A stretch of DNA of 64,000 bases from Eledone cirrhosa (GCA_964016885.1 OZ024743.1:88350001-88414000), one strand, 5' to 3'; counted from the first letter of the stretch, positions 49,636-62,104 are shown. The notes: generated by a model not told the origin, from the letters alone. Program-made: numbers and translations.

Positions 49636-50079
49636 ATCAACATAAACTGTGGCTGAAGGCTTTTTGATGTTGAAGGAAACAATTGCTTTCACCAAAGTTC
49701 TCATAGACAAAAGGCATCAATTGGTGTGTGACATAGGAGATCAAATATCTGATAGATCTCAGTAGTCATTAGGAATGGAGAGAAGTTCAAAATAATGAAA
49801 GGGGTAGTGGTTTCTAAATGTTAACATTAAACATAGATTTTGTCATTGAAAGCAATAGGGTGATGACTATCTGGGTCAGAGATGTTGCTATTCTTGATAA
49901 TGTGATATACTGTTGTGTGTTTCCATATATTAGGATAGATCCTGCCAGGGAAAGAAAGTTTGGTTTCTTTCCCTGTAAATAAATCATTTGCCTTTCATTA
50001 AAGAACATGGTTAGGCTAAGAGCTAGTTATGGAACAGGCTGTTTTGGGACTACAAGGAAGGAATAACATCAAAACAAGT

Positions 50080-50625
50080 AACTGTTCTACAGGGTTATCC
50101 TAGGTTAACTAATGACATGTACAACTGTTCTAGAGGGTTATCCTAGGTTAACTAATGACGTGTACATCTGTTCTAGAAGGTTATCCTAGGTTAACTAACG
50201 ACATGAACATCTGTTCTAGAGTGTTATCCTAGGTTAACTAATGATATGAATATCTATTCTATAAACTTATCCTAGATTAAATAGTGACATCTTACTGTTC
50301 TAGAGTTTTATTCTAGGTTATGTAGTAACATATCTTACTATACTATAATATCATCATAGGTTATCTAGTCATATATTTTACTCTTATATAGTATTATTCC
50401 ATGTTAATCAATGACATATCTTACTGTTATACAGTGTTACCCTTGGTTATCTAGTGACATATTTTACTATTATAGTGTTATCCTAAGTTAACTAATGACA
50501 TATCTTAATGTTCTATAGTATTATCATAAGTTACCTAATGACATATCTTACTGTACTGCAGTGTTATCATAGGTTATCTAGTGACATATCTTGTACTATA
50601 GAATTAGCTCAGATTATGGCATATC
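50080..50625. repeat. ~43-bp minisatellite with progressive divergence
   Basis: ctgttctagagggttatcctaggttaactaatgacatgtaca units at 50082, 50125 and 50168, decaying rightwards. Confidence 0.85.
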
Positions 50626-50939
50626 TTGTTGTCCTTGTGTTACACAATGATTGAGATTTTTCAATATAAACTCTTTTGATACCAAACTGCCTGAAACCAT
50701 CCCTTGGTTCTATGATATAAAACTGTTTATTTTAAAGTGTTTATATTTATCTGGAAATCTTCAATCATTGTTTTATGTAAGAAACTTTGTTAAACACCAG
50801 ATTAATTATGAGAAAGCTAGTTATTCAATTAAATCTCTCCAAATTCTTGATTATTTTCAAAATTATTTGTAAAATCCTTGGCAGTGACTTTCATTAAACA
50901 TGTGATAGCAAAAGGATTAAAGTCTATAAGTGTGGGTGG

Positions 50940-51110
50940 GACACCAACAACAACACTAACATCACTACCACCACTACCATCACCACCAACACCATCTTCA
51001 CCAGCAACACCATCATCACCACCAACACCATCATCATCACCAACACCACCAAAGCCACTACTATCACCACCACAACTACTACCATCACCACCACCATCAC
51101 CAAACACAGA
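50940..51110. repeat. (CCA/TCA)n low-complexity trinucleotide tract
   Basis: Direct inspection. Confidence 0.85.
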
Positions 51111-51917
51111 TCATCTCTTCATGTTAAAATATTACTCCTCCACCACCATCTTTAATCAATGAGACGGTAGTAGTAGTAATAGTAGTAGTAGTATTGCATA
51201 ACAACATCGATATATGAAGAACCATTGACTGTCTCCAACTGTCACCAGTTCAGATATTAGCTTGAAAGACAGCTTACTGGCACACTGTGTGCCATTTTGA
51301 CATCATATACAGACAAAGAATGACAGAGGAGATGGCAGCAGTGGAGGGGGGGGGGGGGGGTGATCCTGGTTAATAAAACAGAAATTATATTCTATAGATA
51401 CTTCCTCCTTCCCACCACACCCCCACATCTAAATGTAAATTGAATGGCAGTAGTAGGGGAGGGGGTCATTTATAAGTGTGGATATATTAATACTATGTGT
51501 GTGTGTGTATGTGTATGAAAAATTAATGTGTAATTATGTGTGCACATATATATCATGAATGTGTGTGCATGTATGTATTCACACATTGGGTATGTATGTA
51601 TATGCTGTATATAGTGTGCATGTATACATGTAGTTAATGCATGTGGTATGCATACATATATATAGTGTATGCATATGTCTGCATATGTGCATATGTGTAA
51701 ACAGTCTGTGTGATCCATGCATGTGCACAAACATTTAGTGTATGTAAATGTATGTGCATATATGTATACACATAATGTGTGTGTGTATGTATAAACTGTA
51801 TGTATGTGTTGAACATACACAAATTTAATGTATGTATGTATATACATAGAGTTAAGGTGTGTAGTGTGTATGTATGCATACGTGCATATATATCATGTGC
51901 ATGCATGTATATATATA

Positions 51918-52462
51918 CATGCACACTCTCTGTAAACCGATATGCACATACGTGTCGGTGTCATGACAAAGAGCACCCAGTCCACACTGTAAAGTGGTTG
52001 GTGTTAGGAAGGGCATCGAAGCCAAAATCAGCAGCCTGGCTTGTCTAACCCATGCTAGCATGGAAAATGGATGTTAAACAATAATGATGACATACACTAA
52101 ATGTTTGTACATATACATGAACCACACTGTGTTTACACATACATTGTACACATGCACATTATATGTGTATCATCATCATCATCATCATTTTACGTCTGCT
52201 TTTCCCTGCTTGCAAGGGTGGAACATGTATATATATACAATGTATGTATAAACACAGTGTGGTTCATGTATATGTACAAACATTTAGTGTATGTCATCAT
52301 CATCATTGTTGTTTAACATCCATTTTCCATGCTAGCATGGGTTAGACAAGTGATTTTGGCTTCGATGCCCTTCCTAACACCAACCACTTTACAGTGTGGA
52401 CTGGGTGCTCTTTGTCATGACACCTACACGTATGTGCATATTGGTTTACAGAGAGTGTGCAT
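51918..52462. repeat. ~240-bp inverted duplication containing a SINE/RTE tail plus flanks
   Basis: 51918-52160 is the reverse complement of 52226-52462. The spacer holds another tail fragment. Confidence 0.9.
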
Positions 52463-54455
52463 TCATGCATATGATCCTTCCATATTGTCCTGTATTGTAA
52501 CCAGACACCTTGCTTTACCAAACTGTAGTGTGGAAGAGATATGCAGTGTCCAGGTCAATGACACTAGATGGCAATAAGCCAGCCAGCCTGTTAGATACAT
52601 TGACCTTCTTTCCAGGTTGGATAAACTTACTTACTTAGTCCTATGGTGGCATTCACACGGGGTGGGTTGAGTTGTCTCCATCAATGGAATTCATGTGTCA
52701 ATTCATTTCAATTGAGTTTCTTTGGATGATTTAAATCACAAGATGAACATAATTTAAATAGCAAACAGTAAAAGAAAATTCAATGATATAATCCACACTG
52801 ACAGACAGCCAGAATTTAAAAAAATTAATAGATCATAAGGGCCATTTCAGGACTTTCTATGCTCATGTTTCAGTTCCAATGCGATTCTAGAATGTACATT
52901 AAATTCTCGCCTTTTAAGAATATATAGATTTTAAGAATATATAATTATGGTTTCTTCAATGTGACCTTACTATATTACAAGTAACTTAATGTGACCTTTC
53001 AACATGAAAAAGTTCCCTACCTCAGGTTTAGCACCTCAAAAGGACTTAATCTGGCACTGGGCTTGTGTCTAAGGTTTCCTGTTACATCAGCACAGCCAGC
53101 ATTTCTATCATTACTGAAATTTTGTCATGTCTTTATCAACAAGCTTCTCTATAACACTGACGACTCTACCACAATCAGGGTCAAGCCCATCACCAGACTT
53201 TAGTGCTCAGGGGAACTCAGAACATTAAGGGTGGACACCCTAATTCACAATAATTCTAAGGTGGAGTTTCAGAATGATCATATCAACGTAAATTTGTCTA
53301 AATTTGTACACTATTGAAAAATAGGAGGGAAGTGACATCTAGTGCCTTCCACCACTGAAACAGGCCCAATCAGGGCATTTGAGATTACCTATGTGACCTG
53401 GACATAACCTGGGCCTTCATCCTGTAGACCTTTTATCTGCCCAACACAAACAAGACACCATCCAGTGCAATAAAGTTTTAGAGAATCTTGTCCACCTGCT
53501 TGACTAGAACTGTCTGGCACACTTCAGCTCTACCTCCCAGCCCCACATTGTAGTACTCAGTTTAGTGCCATACCCTTCCAGTCAACTGGTACCAAGCTAA
53601 ATAATGGCTGTCTCTAGACTGGCACATCTAAATCAGGTTCAATCAACAAATATGTGAGCAACACAAATGCATTCTTGGATACCACCCTCTGTTTGTGCTA
53701 TCTCAGTGCTGACCACTATCTGAGGCATGCTGCATTCAACTAGATCATTAAACATGGTTTATACACTGCAGGTCTTCCATTGCATTTGGAAACGTGGGGG
53801 TTAGATAGAGGCAGGTCCGTTGCCAGACTTAGGTGCTAGGGAGAAGGGAGTGTCTGAACATTTTCGCTGGTCTCCCTAATTCGCAATAATTCTAAGGCGA
53901 AGTTTCTGAAAATCTGACAGTGCGCCATGAACAGTACGAAGACATTGCCCCATCTAACGATGGGCCTACCCGAGACTGAGGGGACAGCAAAATGCCGGAT
54001 CACATCACGCTCTTTACATTTAGAGATGGTAAGCCCCTTATCTAGAATGTAAACTACAGTAAAACATTCTCCAGCGGCAACGGGGTGAAATCGGCATCGA
54101 ACCCGTGTTTTATCACCCTTGATATATATGAATATATATGTAGTCCTTTATGTTGAGTATATATATCAAAGGTATATATTGAGTTAGAAACTCAAAATAG
54201 TCTCTTACAATAAAATAGCTCTAGGAAAGAGATTTTTCCGAGCCGTATATCATAATTGAATATAAAAGAGAGATAAACACAGATATATACATATCTGTGT
54301 TCAATTTGAACACATATATGTATATGTCTGTGTTTATCTCTCTTTTATATTCAATTGATATATATATGTATATATTAACCTAATATATCCCTTCCATATA
54401 ATGTACGGATTGTGTTGTTATTTCTGTTTACTTTTTACATATATATATATATATA

Positions 54456-54638
54456 TACTACATACAGAGCTTGTTCTTGCAGATGGCTTCATCCCTTTCG
54501 AAATGAATAGGGAATTCATTTATGTGTCCATGACGCCAGATGTTTTCGCTGTTATGAGTTCGATTATAAACTATAAACTATTGGCGGGCGACCAGTACGT
54601 TTTTAACTGTATTTTTTTCTTCAAACGATTGATTTGAC

Positions 54639-54642
<4 letters not shown>
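54456..54642 (+). repeat. Inverted partial duplicate of 55000-55190
   Basis: Near-identical sequence in opposite orientation (both translate LVLADGFIPFEMNREFIYVS..LLAGDQY), bounded by (TA)n. Confidence 0.92.
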
Positions 54643-54692
<50 letters not shown>

Positions 54693-55050
54693 GGTAAATT
54701 TTCAATCACATATATTTTTATTGTTTGACCCGAATTACTTGGTCGTTTGTTTTGACTGTGCGGATGATTTGTTTAACCATCATCTCAGTGTGTTTGGCCC
54801 TTAACGTATGTTGTAGCGCTGATTCATATGAATCATCGAGCGCTTGCCACACATCTTGGAGGTTGATTTTCGTTAATTCCTGAGCTGAAATAGGATTCTC
54901 GGTAATTTATATATATATATATATATATATATAGTCAAATCAACTGTATTTTTTTCTTCAAACGATTGATTTGACTATATATATATATATATTTATATAT
55001 AGTCAAATCAATCGTTTGAAGAAAAAAATACAGTTAAAAACGAAACGTAC

Positions 55051-55244
55051 TGGTCGCCCGCCAATAGTTTATAGTTTATAATCGAACTCATAACAGTGAA
55101 AACATCTGGCGTCCTGGACACATAAATGAATTCCCTATTCATTTCGAAAGGGATGAAGCCATCTGCAAGAACAAGCCCTGTATGTAGTACTGGTTCTTTG
55201 AACACATCTCCCTCGTCATTCCTCCGAAGTAATTCATTCGCCAT
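55051..55244 (-). CDS. Candidate first coding exon of an unidentified gene
   Basis: caaaATGGCG start, 64 open codons (MANELLRRNDEGDVFKEPVLHTGLVLADGFIPFEMNREF..), ending at a CA|gtacgt donor. CpG-enriched. No downstream exon or homologue recognised. Confidence 0.4.
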
Positions 55245-55843
55245 TTTGTACGCCACCGGAACCATGAAACAATTGTATGACACGCTGTGATTTTCCTTTG
55301 CATAATTTCCACAGACGCAAAAAAAGCTATGATATTAAGACTAGATAGAAAGCTAGAGAGGGGGAAAGATGCATGTGAGAGAGAGAGAGAGGGGGTGTGT
55401 GTATGAGGAAGAGAGATCTGTATGGGAGAGATAGAAAAAGATAAATAGAAGACAATATGTGTATGAGAGAGAATATATATATATGCACTGTACACAATTT
55501 CATTAGAAACAATTATTATTAATCCCGCCAAGGTTAATTTTGCCTTTCATCCTTACGGAGTCGATAAAATAAAGTACCAGTAATGCACTGAGTAATTTGC
55601 TGGTCTTGTGCCAAATGTAGAAACAATTATTATATGAAAGAGTGGGAGGAGGAGATGAGAGAGAAGAGGGGGAGAAGAGAGTGAGAGACGGAGAAGATAT
55701 AGATGAGGGAAGGAGGAGCTGTGTATGAGGGGGAGAAGAGAGAGATGTATCTCTAATTGTGTAAGAGGTGATACACTGTTATGTATTGAGCAGGTTATAC
55801 CGGAAGTTATGGGTCAACAACTGAGGAGGAAAAATGGCGCCAT
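55239..55843. promoter_or_regulatory. Candidate bidirectional promoter (ETS and YY1-type motifs at both ends)
   Basis: Minus: ttccgg (55256-55261) upstream of aaaatggcg (55247-55239). Plus: ccggaagt (55800-55807) upstream of aaaatggcg (55831-55839). Plus-strand donor CAG|gtaaat at 55943/55944. Confidence 0.5.
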
Positions 55844-57436
55844 ATCAGCCAGGAATCCCTTAAGAAAACTTATATTCCATGTCTAACAATAATATTACAT
55901 AAACCCACAGAAATATTACACGTAATTTGTCAACAAAATCCAGGTAAATTCTACCTGATGTAACCATTGGACTAACATTAAATTCTAGATATCTCCCTGC
56001 CATAGCACACACGATATTATTAAGGTTATTTTAAATATAACTAGGGTTGTCAGACAACAACTTTCCTCACCTCTTACATTTCTATCGATCGATGGAAGAA
56101 GCTAGTTGACACCGTCTATTTCTCTATAGCTGTCCGTCTCCATCAGTATCTTACTTTATCTAATAATCTATTCCCTTCTATCACAATCAAACTTTGATCC
56201 ATTCCACCACGACTTGAGATTAAAACAAAAATTTAACATATTATAAACCAATTTATTACATTATATTAAGACTTTATTAATTAGCGGCATGGGGAGATAT
56301 AAAAGAAATATGTTTATTTGAAGAAACCATACAAACAATAGTTTATTTTTAGCAAGAAACATAACATCTCAAATTTTCACATTAAATGTAATATAAAATC
56401 AATGATGTAACTATTGCATATAGAATTTGTTTCCTCAACTTTCTTAATGCATATTTTTTAATGGAATTTTTCAGAGATGCGTTTCGAATGTGTAGATTAC
56501 GATTATGTTGGTGAACTTTTTGGTTTATTAATATTTTGTATAATACATAATTGTGTTTATATTTACAAGATACTTTCTAAATGCAATAACATTTATATCG
56601 ATTATCTAACGAGATCTCTCCAGCACTAGATAATTGAGTACCTAAGTTCAATAAAATTCACCATTCATTTTACGTTTATTATACTTTTTTTAATTATAAT
56701 TCTGGCGCGAATCTTGAGAGAAAGAACAAAATAGCAAGGTAAGTAGATATAGAGACAGAGAAATAGATCGGTGGGAAAGTAGTTATAAATGCATCTAAGT
56801 ACGTACGCACACACATAAATATACATAAGAGAGGGGAATAAATAATTCTTCCCAGGTACGGGTCTCGAGTATTTAAGTTAACATGCGTGTGTTTGACACA
56901 AGCAATCGGCAACAGTAATGTGGTATACATTTCACTGATAAAGAAGCACTTTAGAGTAAAAGGAAGCTGCGTTTGACCCCGTCAACTAACCAGTGACACA
57001 GTTAAGTCAGACTGACTTTATGCTTATTTTATTGTGTTCTTTCGTGGCTGCTTTATTTATGTCACTCTTCCTGCTACACCAATAGACGAGGAGAGAGACG
57101 ACTGGTTGTATGATGTGTATAAGAGAGAGAGGGAGGCTTTTACGTATGTGTACTGTATCTAGTTAGCATGTAGAAGGATCCCTCCAGGCTATCGTAAAAC
57201 CAACTTGCTCAAGATACTACATGGTGGAATTGAAACAATGGACCTTCGTAATTGTGGGGGAGGGAGTGAACTTAACAATTCAGCCATGATGTCCCCCAAT
57301 ACACATATCTGAGGATTGCCCGGCCACTAACACATTGATTTCTTGAGCAGATCGAATGACGGGAACACTCATTGTCGCAACTAATAGAGATTAATTCTTA
57401 TATATATATATATAAGAATCGATCTCTATTAGTTGT

Positions 57437-57832
57437 AAATAATTGTTTCTACTTTAGGCACAAGGCCAGCAAATATCCAGTACATTACTGGTACTTTATT
57501 TTATCGACCCCGTAAGGATGAAAGGCAAAGTTAACCTCGGCGGGATTTGAACTCAGACTGTAAAGGGACGTAACTATGCTAGAAAGCATGGCGTCCAGCC
57601 CTCTAGCGATACTGCCAATTCACCGCTCTATTAGTTGTAAATAATTGTTTCTACTTTAGGCACAAGGCCAGCAATTACCTAGTGCATTACTGGTACTTTA
57701 TTTTATCGACCCCGTCAAGATGAAAGGCAAAGTCAACCTCGGCGGGATTTGAACTCAGATCGTAAAGGGACGTAACTATGCTGGAAAGCATGGCGTCCGA
57801 CCCTCCACCGATACTGCCAATCCACCGCCCTG
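57437..57832 (-). mobile_element. Tandem pair of Nin-type SINEs
   Basis: Two full copies separated and flanked by (ctattagt)tgtaaataat repeats. Confidence 0.88.
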
Positions 57833-57884
57833 TAAATAATAAACAACTAATAGAGATCGATTCTTATATATATTAAAATAACAC

Positions 57885-58262
57885 ATTAAAGTTTAAGCAA
57901 AGAATCGCTGCTTTCTGAAATCTTCAGAAGATCCCGTTAAGGATGAAAGCAGCGATTCTTTGCTTAAACTTTAATCTGTTATTTTAATAAATATTTGCTC
58001 TACAGTTCTTATATATTTGATATATATTTATCCTTATCTAGCCCTCTTTGGATTTTAGTCTTCAAATTTATTATTATTACTATATTTATCCTTATAAGGA
58101 TATCGATAAGGATAAATATAGTAATAATAATAAATTTGAAGACTATAATCCAAAGAGGGCTCGATAAGGATAAATATATATCAAATATATAAGAACCGTA
58201 GAGCAAATATTTATTAAAATAGCAGATTAAAGTTTAAGCAAAGAATCGCTGCTTTCATCCTT
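57885..58262. repeat. Nested palindrome: ~155-bp arms centred near 58100 plus an extra ~30-bp inverted arm
   Basis: 57939-58093 pairs with 58107-58262. ttaaagtttaagcaaagaatcgctgctttc occurs three times in alternating orientation. Confidence 0.92.
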
Positions 58263-58629
58263 TTAATAAATATATATATATATGTAGGAGGTGAGTTTTA
58301 TTGTAGCACAATAAAGCATGTCTCCCTATTTTATCTGATGAGAACGCAAATATCATCCCATGATGATATTTGTTTTTGAAATGCGCATAATAAAATACAT
58401 GGAACTCTTTTAAACATCTTTTGATTTTATATTATATATATAGAGAGAGAGAGAGAGAAAGAGAGAAGTATAAAGAAAGTGCTCAAGCGCAGAAATGCTA
58501 TAAAGATAACTTATAAAATAGGGTGAAGACCTTTAAATTCGGCTTCGTATATTGTATGTATATATATCATTTAATGTCCGTTTTCCAAACTGCGTTGGAC
58601 AGATGGGTATATGAATTATTCGCTCATTT

Positions 58630-59205
58630 ATTTTCCTGAGAGGGTCGTGGGGGCCCGAGAGCTCAGACGCGCCTTCCAGAGGGCCCTATTAGAAGCAATC
58701 GGCTCCATTCCATCTTGCTATCTGAATTCGCGATTCTTTTCTTAGACATTCTAAACATGTCTGCTGTGACCCCATTTCGGTTACTTGTATTCACAATCGT
58801 ACTTTTTTAGTCATTACCCAAGATTCACGACAATAGGGAAAAGTAGACACGAACACCTAATTGTTTGGCTTTTAAACATACCCACCTTATGGTGGCCAAA
58901 TGCTGAAGGTGGTGCATTATTGCACCAGCTTCATCAATTCTGGCATTTAATTTAACCTCCTGCCTTCCATCACTTGTAAAAACAGCCATGAGATACTTGA
59001 ACTTCTTCGCCTGATTCAGAGTAACTCCACTCACATGCAGAGTGCACTGCACAGGCTTTCTCAAGAGGATGAATATCTTCACAGCACGGATTTTCATTCC
59101 TGCTTTGCAGCACATGGCAAAAAAAACCCTATCCAGTGCATGTTGGAGATCACCTTCTGGTAAATTAAGTAGCACCATGTCATCTGCAAATATCAACCGA
59201 CTGAT
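58630..59205 (-). mobile_element. RTE LINE RT fragment with internal deletions
   Basis: ISRLIFADDMVLL..DLQHALD..AGMKI..KKFKYL..TSDGRQE; 5'-truncated at a microsatellite. Confidence 0.8.
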
Positions 59206-59604
59206 GTCTGTGTGTGTATATATATATATATAAATGTGTGTGTATGAGAGAGAGAGAGAGAGAGAGAGAGTTGAAGCACAACAGTGTATATTGGACGGTA
59301 AATTTAATATAGATAAAACAACTGAGAGGGTCGTATAAATTTGTAAAGATACAACTACTGTGAAAATAAGTGTGAAGACACCGTTGTTGATCTCTTTGTA
59401 CACAAAACATGTTTCACAGTTAGTTGGCTAATCATCAGAAGACATGTCAATATCTTTGTACAGAGAAACATGTTTCACAGCTAGTTGGCTGATCATCAAG
59501 ACAAGTAACTTTATGCTTCAAGTCACGAAAATCGATAGCAGTTGCTTGTTTATGTCAAATGCAGGCTAAAACTTAACTGAAATGGCCAACCTACTTTGAC
59601 AATA

Positions 59605-59797
59605 TTTCTAATTTTTGGGGAGGTCAAAATTTATTAAATCAACCACCAGTACATGACTGGTACTTTATTTTATCGATCCTGAAGAATAAAAGGCAAAGTT
59701 GACCTCAGTGTGATTTGAACACAGAACACGAAGTGCTAGAACAAATGCCACAATGTAATTTTATCCGACACTTATCAATTTGCTAATCCACCACCCT
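59605..59797 (-). mobile_element. Degenerate Nin-type SINE
   Basis: ctggtactttattttatcgatcctgaagaataaaaggcaaagttgacctcagtgtgatttgaac. Confidence 0.7.
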
Positions 59798-60219
59798 GTT
59801 ACTTGACAATATTAGAAAGTATTTTAAAGTGATAGGACTGTGAAGGAGATTGTAATGGAGGAAGTAGTGTGAGTGATAACTATGTCTTGGTTATTGGTAG
59901 AGGGCTGAATAGATAACAGTGTCAGAAGCATGAAGAAATAGCATAAGATGTGTGATGGGAAGGGAGAGCAATGGATGAATGTGTGATGGTGAGAGTGGTA
60001 GATGTCAACCAGAAACCACATGGAAAGGCGATAATGATGGTTAGTAGCAGATAGCCATGAAAGAAAGAACTGTGGGTTCACTGGATGTCCTCCTTGTTGA
60101 GATAGAGGTGAGAGAGGTAAAGAGATAGAGTACGAACACCTCATTTCTTTCCAGCCATCACAGATCTTTCTTCAGTCTATGCCCAAGTACACATGTATCA
60201 TAGAATCTACCCTTCACTC

Positions 60220-60780
60220 ATCATCATCATCACAGTTTAATGACCATTTTCCATGCTTGCATGGGTTAGACAAGTATGTTGTCATGTTATATGGCTAGCC
60301 AGGTCAGATGACCAACTCTTACTCATTCAGATCTGTTATTTGCTTGGTTTTCTATGGTTGGATGCCAACCTTACCAGCAGGGTTATAGCTCTCTAAACTT
60401 CTATCTCACTCTGGCTTCTGCACTTTTGATACATCTACCTTCACCTAAGCAACAAAATCTATCAACTACTTCTAAGGAGCCTTCTGAGCATTTGATAGAA
60501 TCTATTTCACATAGTGCTTGCTACTACTGTTCATCTGCTACATACAATGTCTATCTTCTCTGTTAGCCTGCTTGTAATTTCACTACATCTTTTGTGAATC
60601 CATAGTTTACACTGGATACATCACAGAAAATTTCTACCTATTTCTATTCTGCATATCAAGCAGAGCCATTTTCATGATGGTAGCAATGCTTTTTTTTCTC
60701 TCTTTTTGAATTACTAACATTTTAGTCTTTGCTAAGTTTACTTTCAGCCCTTTTGATGCCAGATTTTGTTTCCAGGTCTG
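60220..60780 (-). mobile_element. Old copy of the finger-containing RTE family plus its tail
   Basis: Minus strand: WKQNLASKGLKVNLAKTKML, then KWLCLICR..CIQCKLWIHKRCSEITSRL, then GSLEVVDRFCCLG, with frameshifts. Confidence 0.7.
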
Positions 60781-61417
60781 TGGTCTATCGTCTGTGTGTA
60801 TTGAAGATAACATTTGTGATTGAAAATATGGCTATATTTTTGGTTTTACAATAATATTCACTTACAAAAAAGTTAGATATACTTGTGCATTTTTGGTTCC
60901 TCTCACCATATTACAGTTTCAATTTCAGTGGTTTTATTCGCACCAGTCACCAATCTGGTACTTTATCAAACCCGCAAAGACTAGGCTTTTTTAGAGGCAG
61001 CTTTTACTCGCTTCATCGTAGCTACATCACTGGGTTGTGAGAGTTTTCTTGGGAGCTATAAGTGTCACCCATTGCTCTATCTCCTCTAGTAGTTTACCGC
61101 TGTTGGTCTAGAGTTGCTTAGTCGTCCAGCAGTTGCCCACTTATATCGCAACTAGCCATCAAATCTGGTGGCTCTATTGCTACCCACCACCTGCAACCAG
61201 TTCTCTAACAGAAAAGCTCTGCCGAGAAGAGAAGGAGAGCATAGTTATGCATATATAGAATCATTTTTGCACCATGTGTATTGCCTGCAAGTCATAAGAG
61301 GTGATGAAAAGGGTTAATATCAGAAAGGGTATCCGGTTGTAAAACGTCTCAAAACAGCCCACCCAGCTTGGAAAAGTGGACATAAAGATGATGATGATGA
61401 TAATCCATATACATAAA

Positions 61418-61849
61418 TCATCATCACCGTTTTACGTCAGTTCTTCCACATTAGCACAGGTTGTCCTGTTGTGGCCAGTGTCTGGTCGGCTGACCTTGCC
61501 TTGCTCATACAGGAACTGATTCTGGCTTGATTTCTACAGCTGGATGCCCTTCCTAACACCAGCCTCATTTACAGTGAGTGCTGGGTGCTTTTTTTCTGTG
61601 GCGCCTACACATTCACTTTACAGTGAGTGCTGGGTACTTTTTTTTGCCGTGGCACCTCCATGATGACCACTTTGCAGTGGAATGATAGGGACCCCAGTCC
61701 TATCATCTCATTTCTACAGCTGAGTAAACTGGAGCAATGTGAAATAAAGTGTCTTGCTCAAGGAAACAACACATCTCCCGGTTCGAGAATTGAACTCACA
61801 ACCTTTCGATTGCAAGCCCAATGCTCTAACCACTAAGCCATGCGCCTTC
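61418..61849 (-). mobile_element. tRNA-derived SINE, same family as 2540-2870
   Basis: Near-identical head and core, RTE-like tail ending (gat)n. Confidence 0.85.
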
Positions 61850-62104
61850 ATGAGTGTGCATATGTGTGTGTGTTTGCACACAAGATGGGTGGTGAGGGCT
61901 GAATTGGTCAGAATAGATAGAGAGAGTGGAGGAAATGTATATTTCTTCTTGGATACAATAAGTGATTATAAATTTTAAGAATACTTGAGTATTCCTTTGA
62001 GAGAAAGGAAAAAGACTTGAACTACTAACCCTTCTGATACCAAACTACTCCTAGTTATATGATGCAAAACTGTCCATTTTAATATGTCCAAACTAATATT
62101 AGAA

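Noticed and set aside
50829-51162. Pro-rich and Gly-rich ORFs
   Set aside because: Translation of a (CCA/TCA)n low-complexity tract.
53760-54060. Possible telomerase RNA or H/ACA RNA (ACATCA box, hairpin, ACA)
   Set aside because: No template of ~1.5 TTAGGG repeats on the same strand and no P6.1 motif. The boxes are too short to be significant unaided.
57995-58206. Near-identical small hydrophobic ORFs on opposite strands (toxin-antitoxin-like)
   Set aside because: A consequence of the DNA palindrome; AT-rich, with non-ATG starts.
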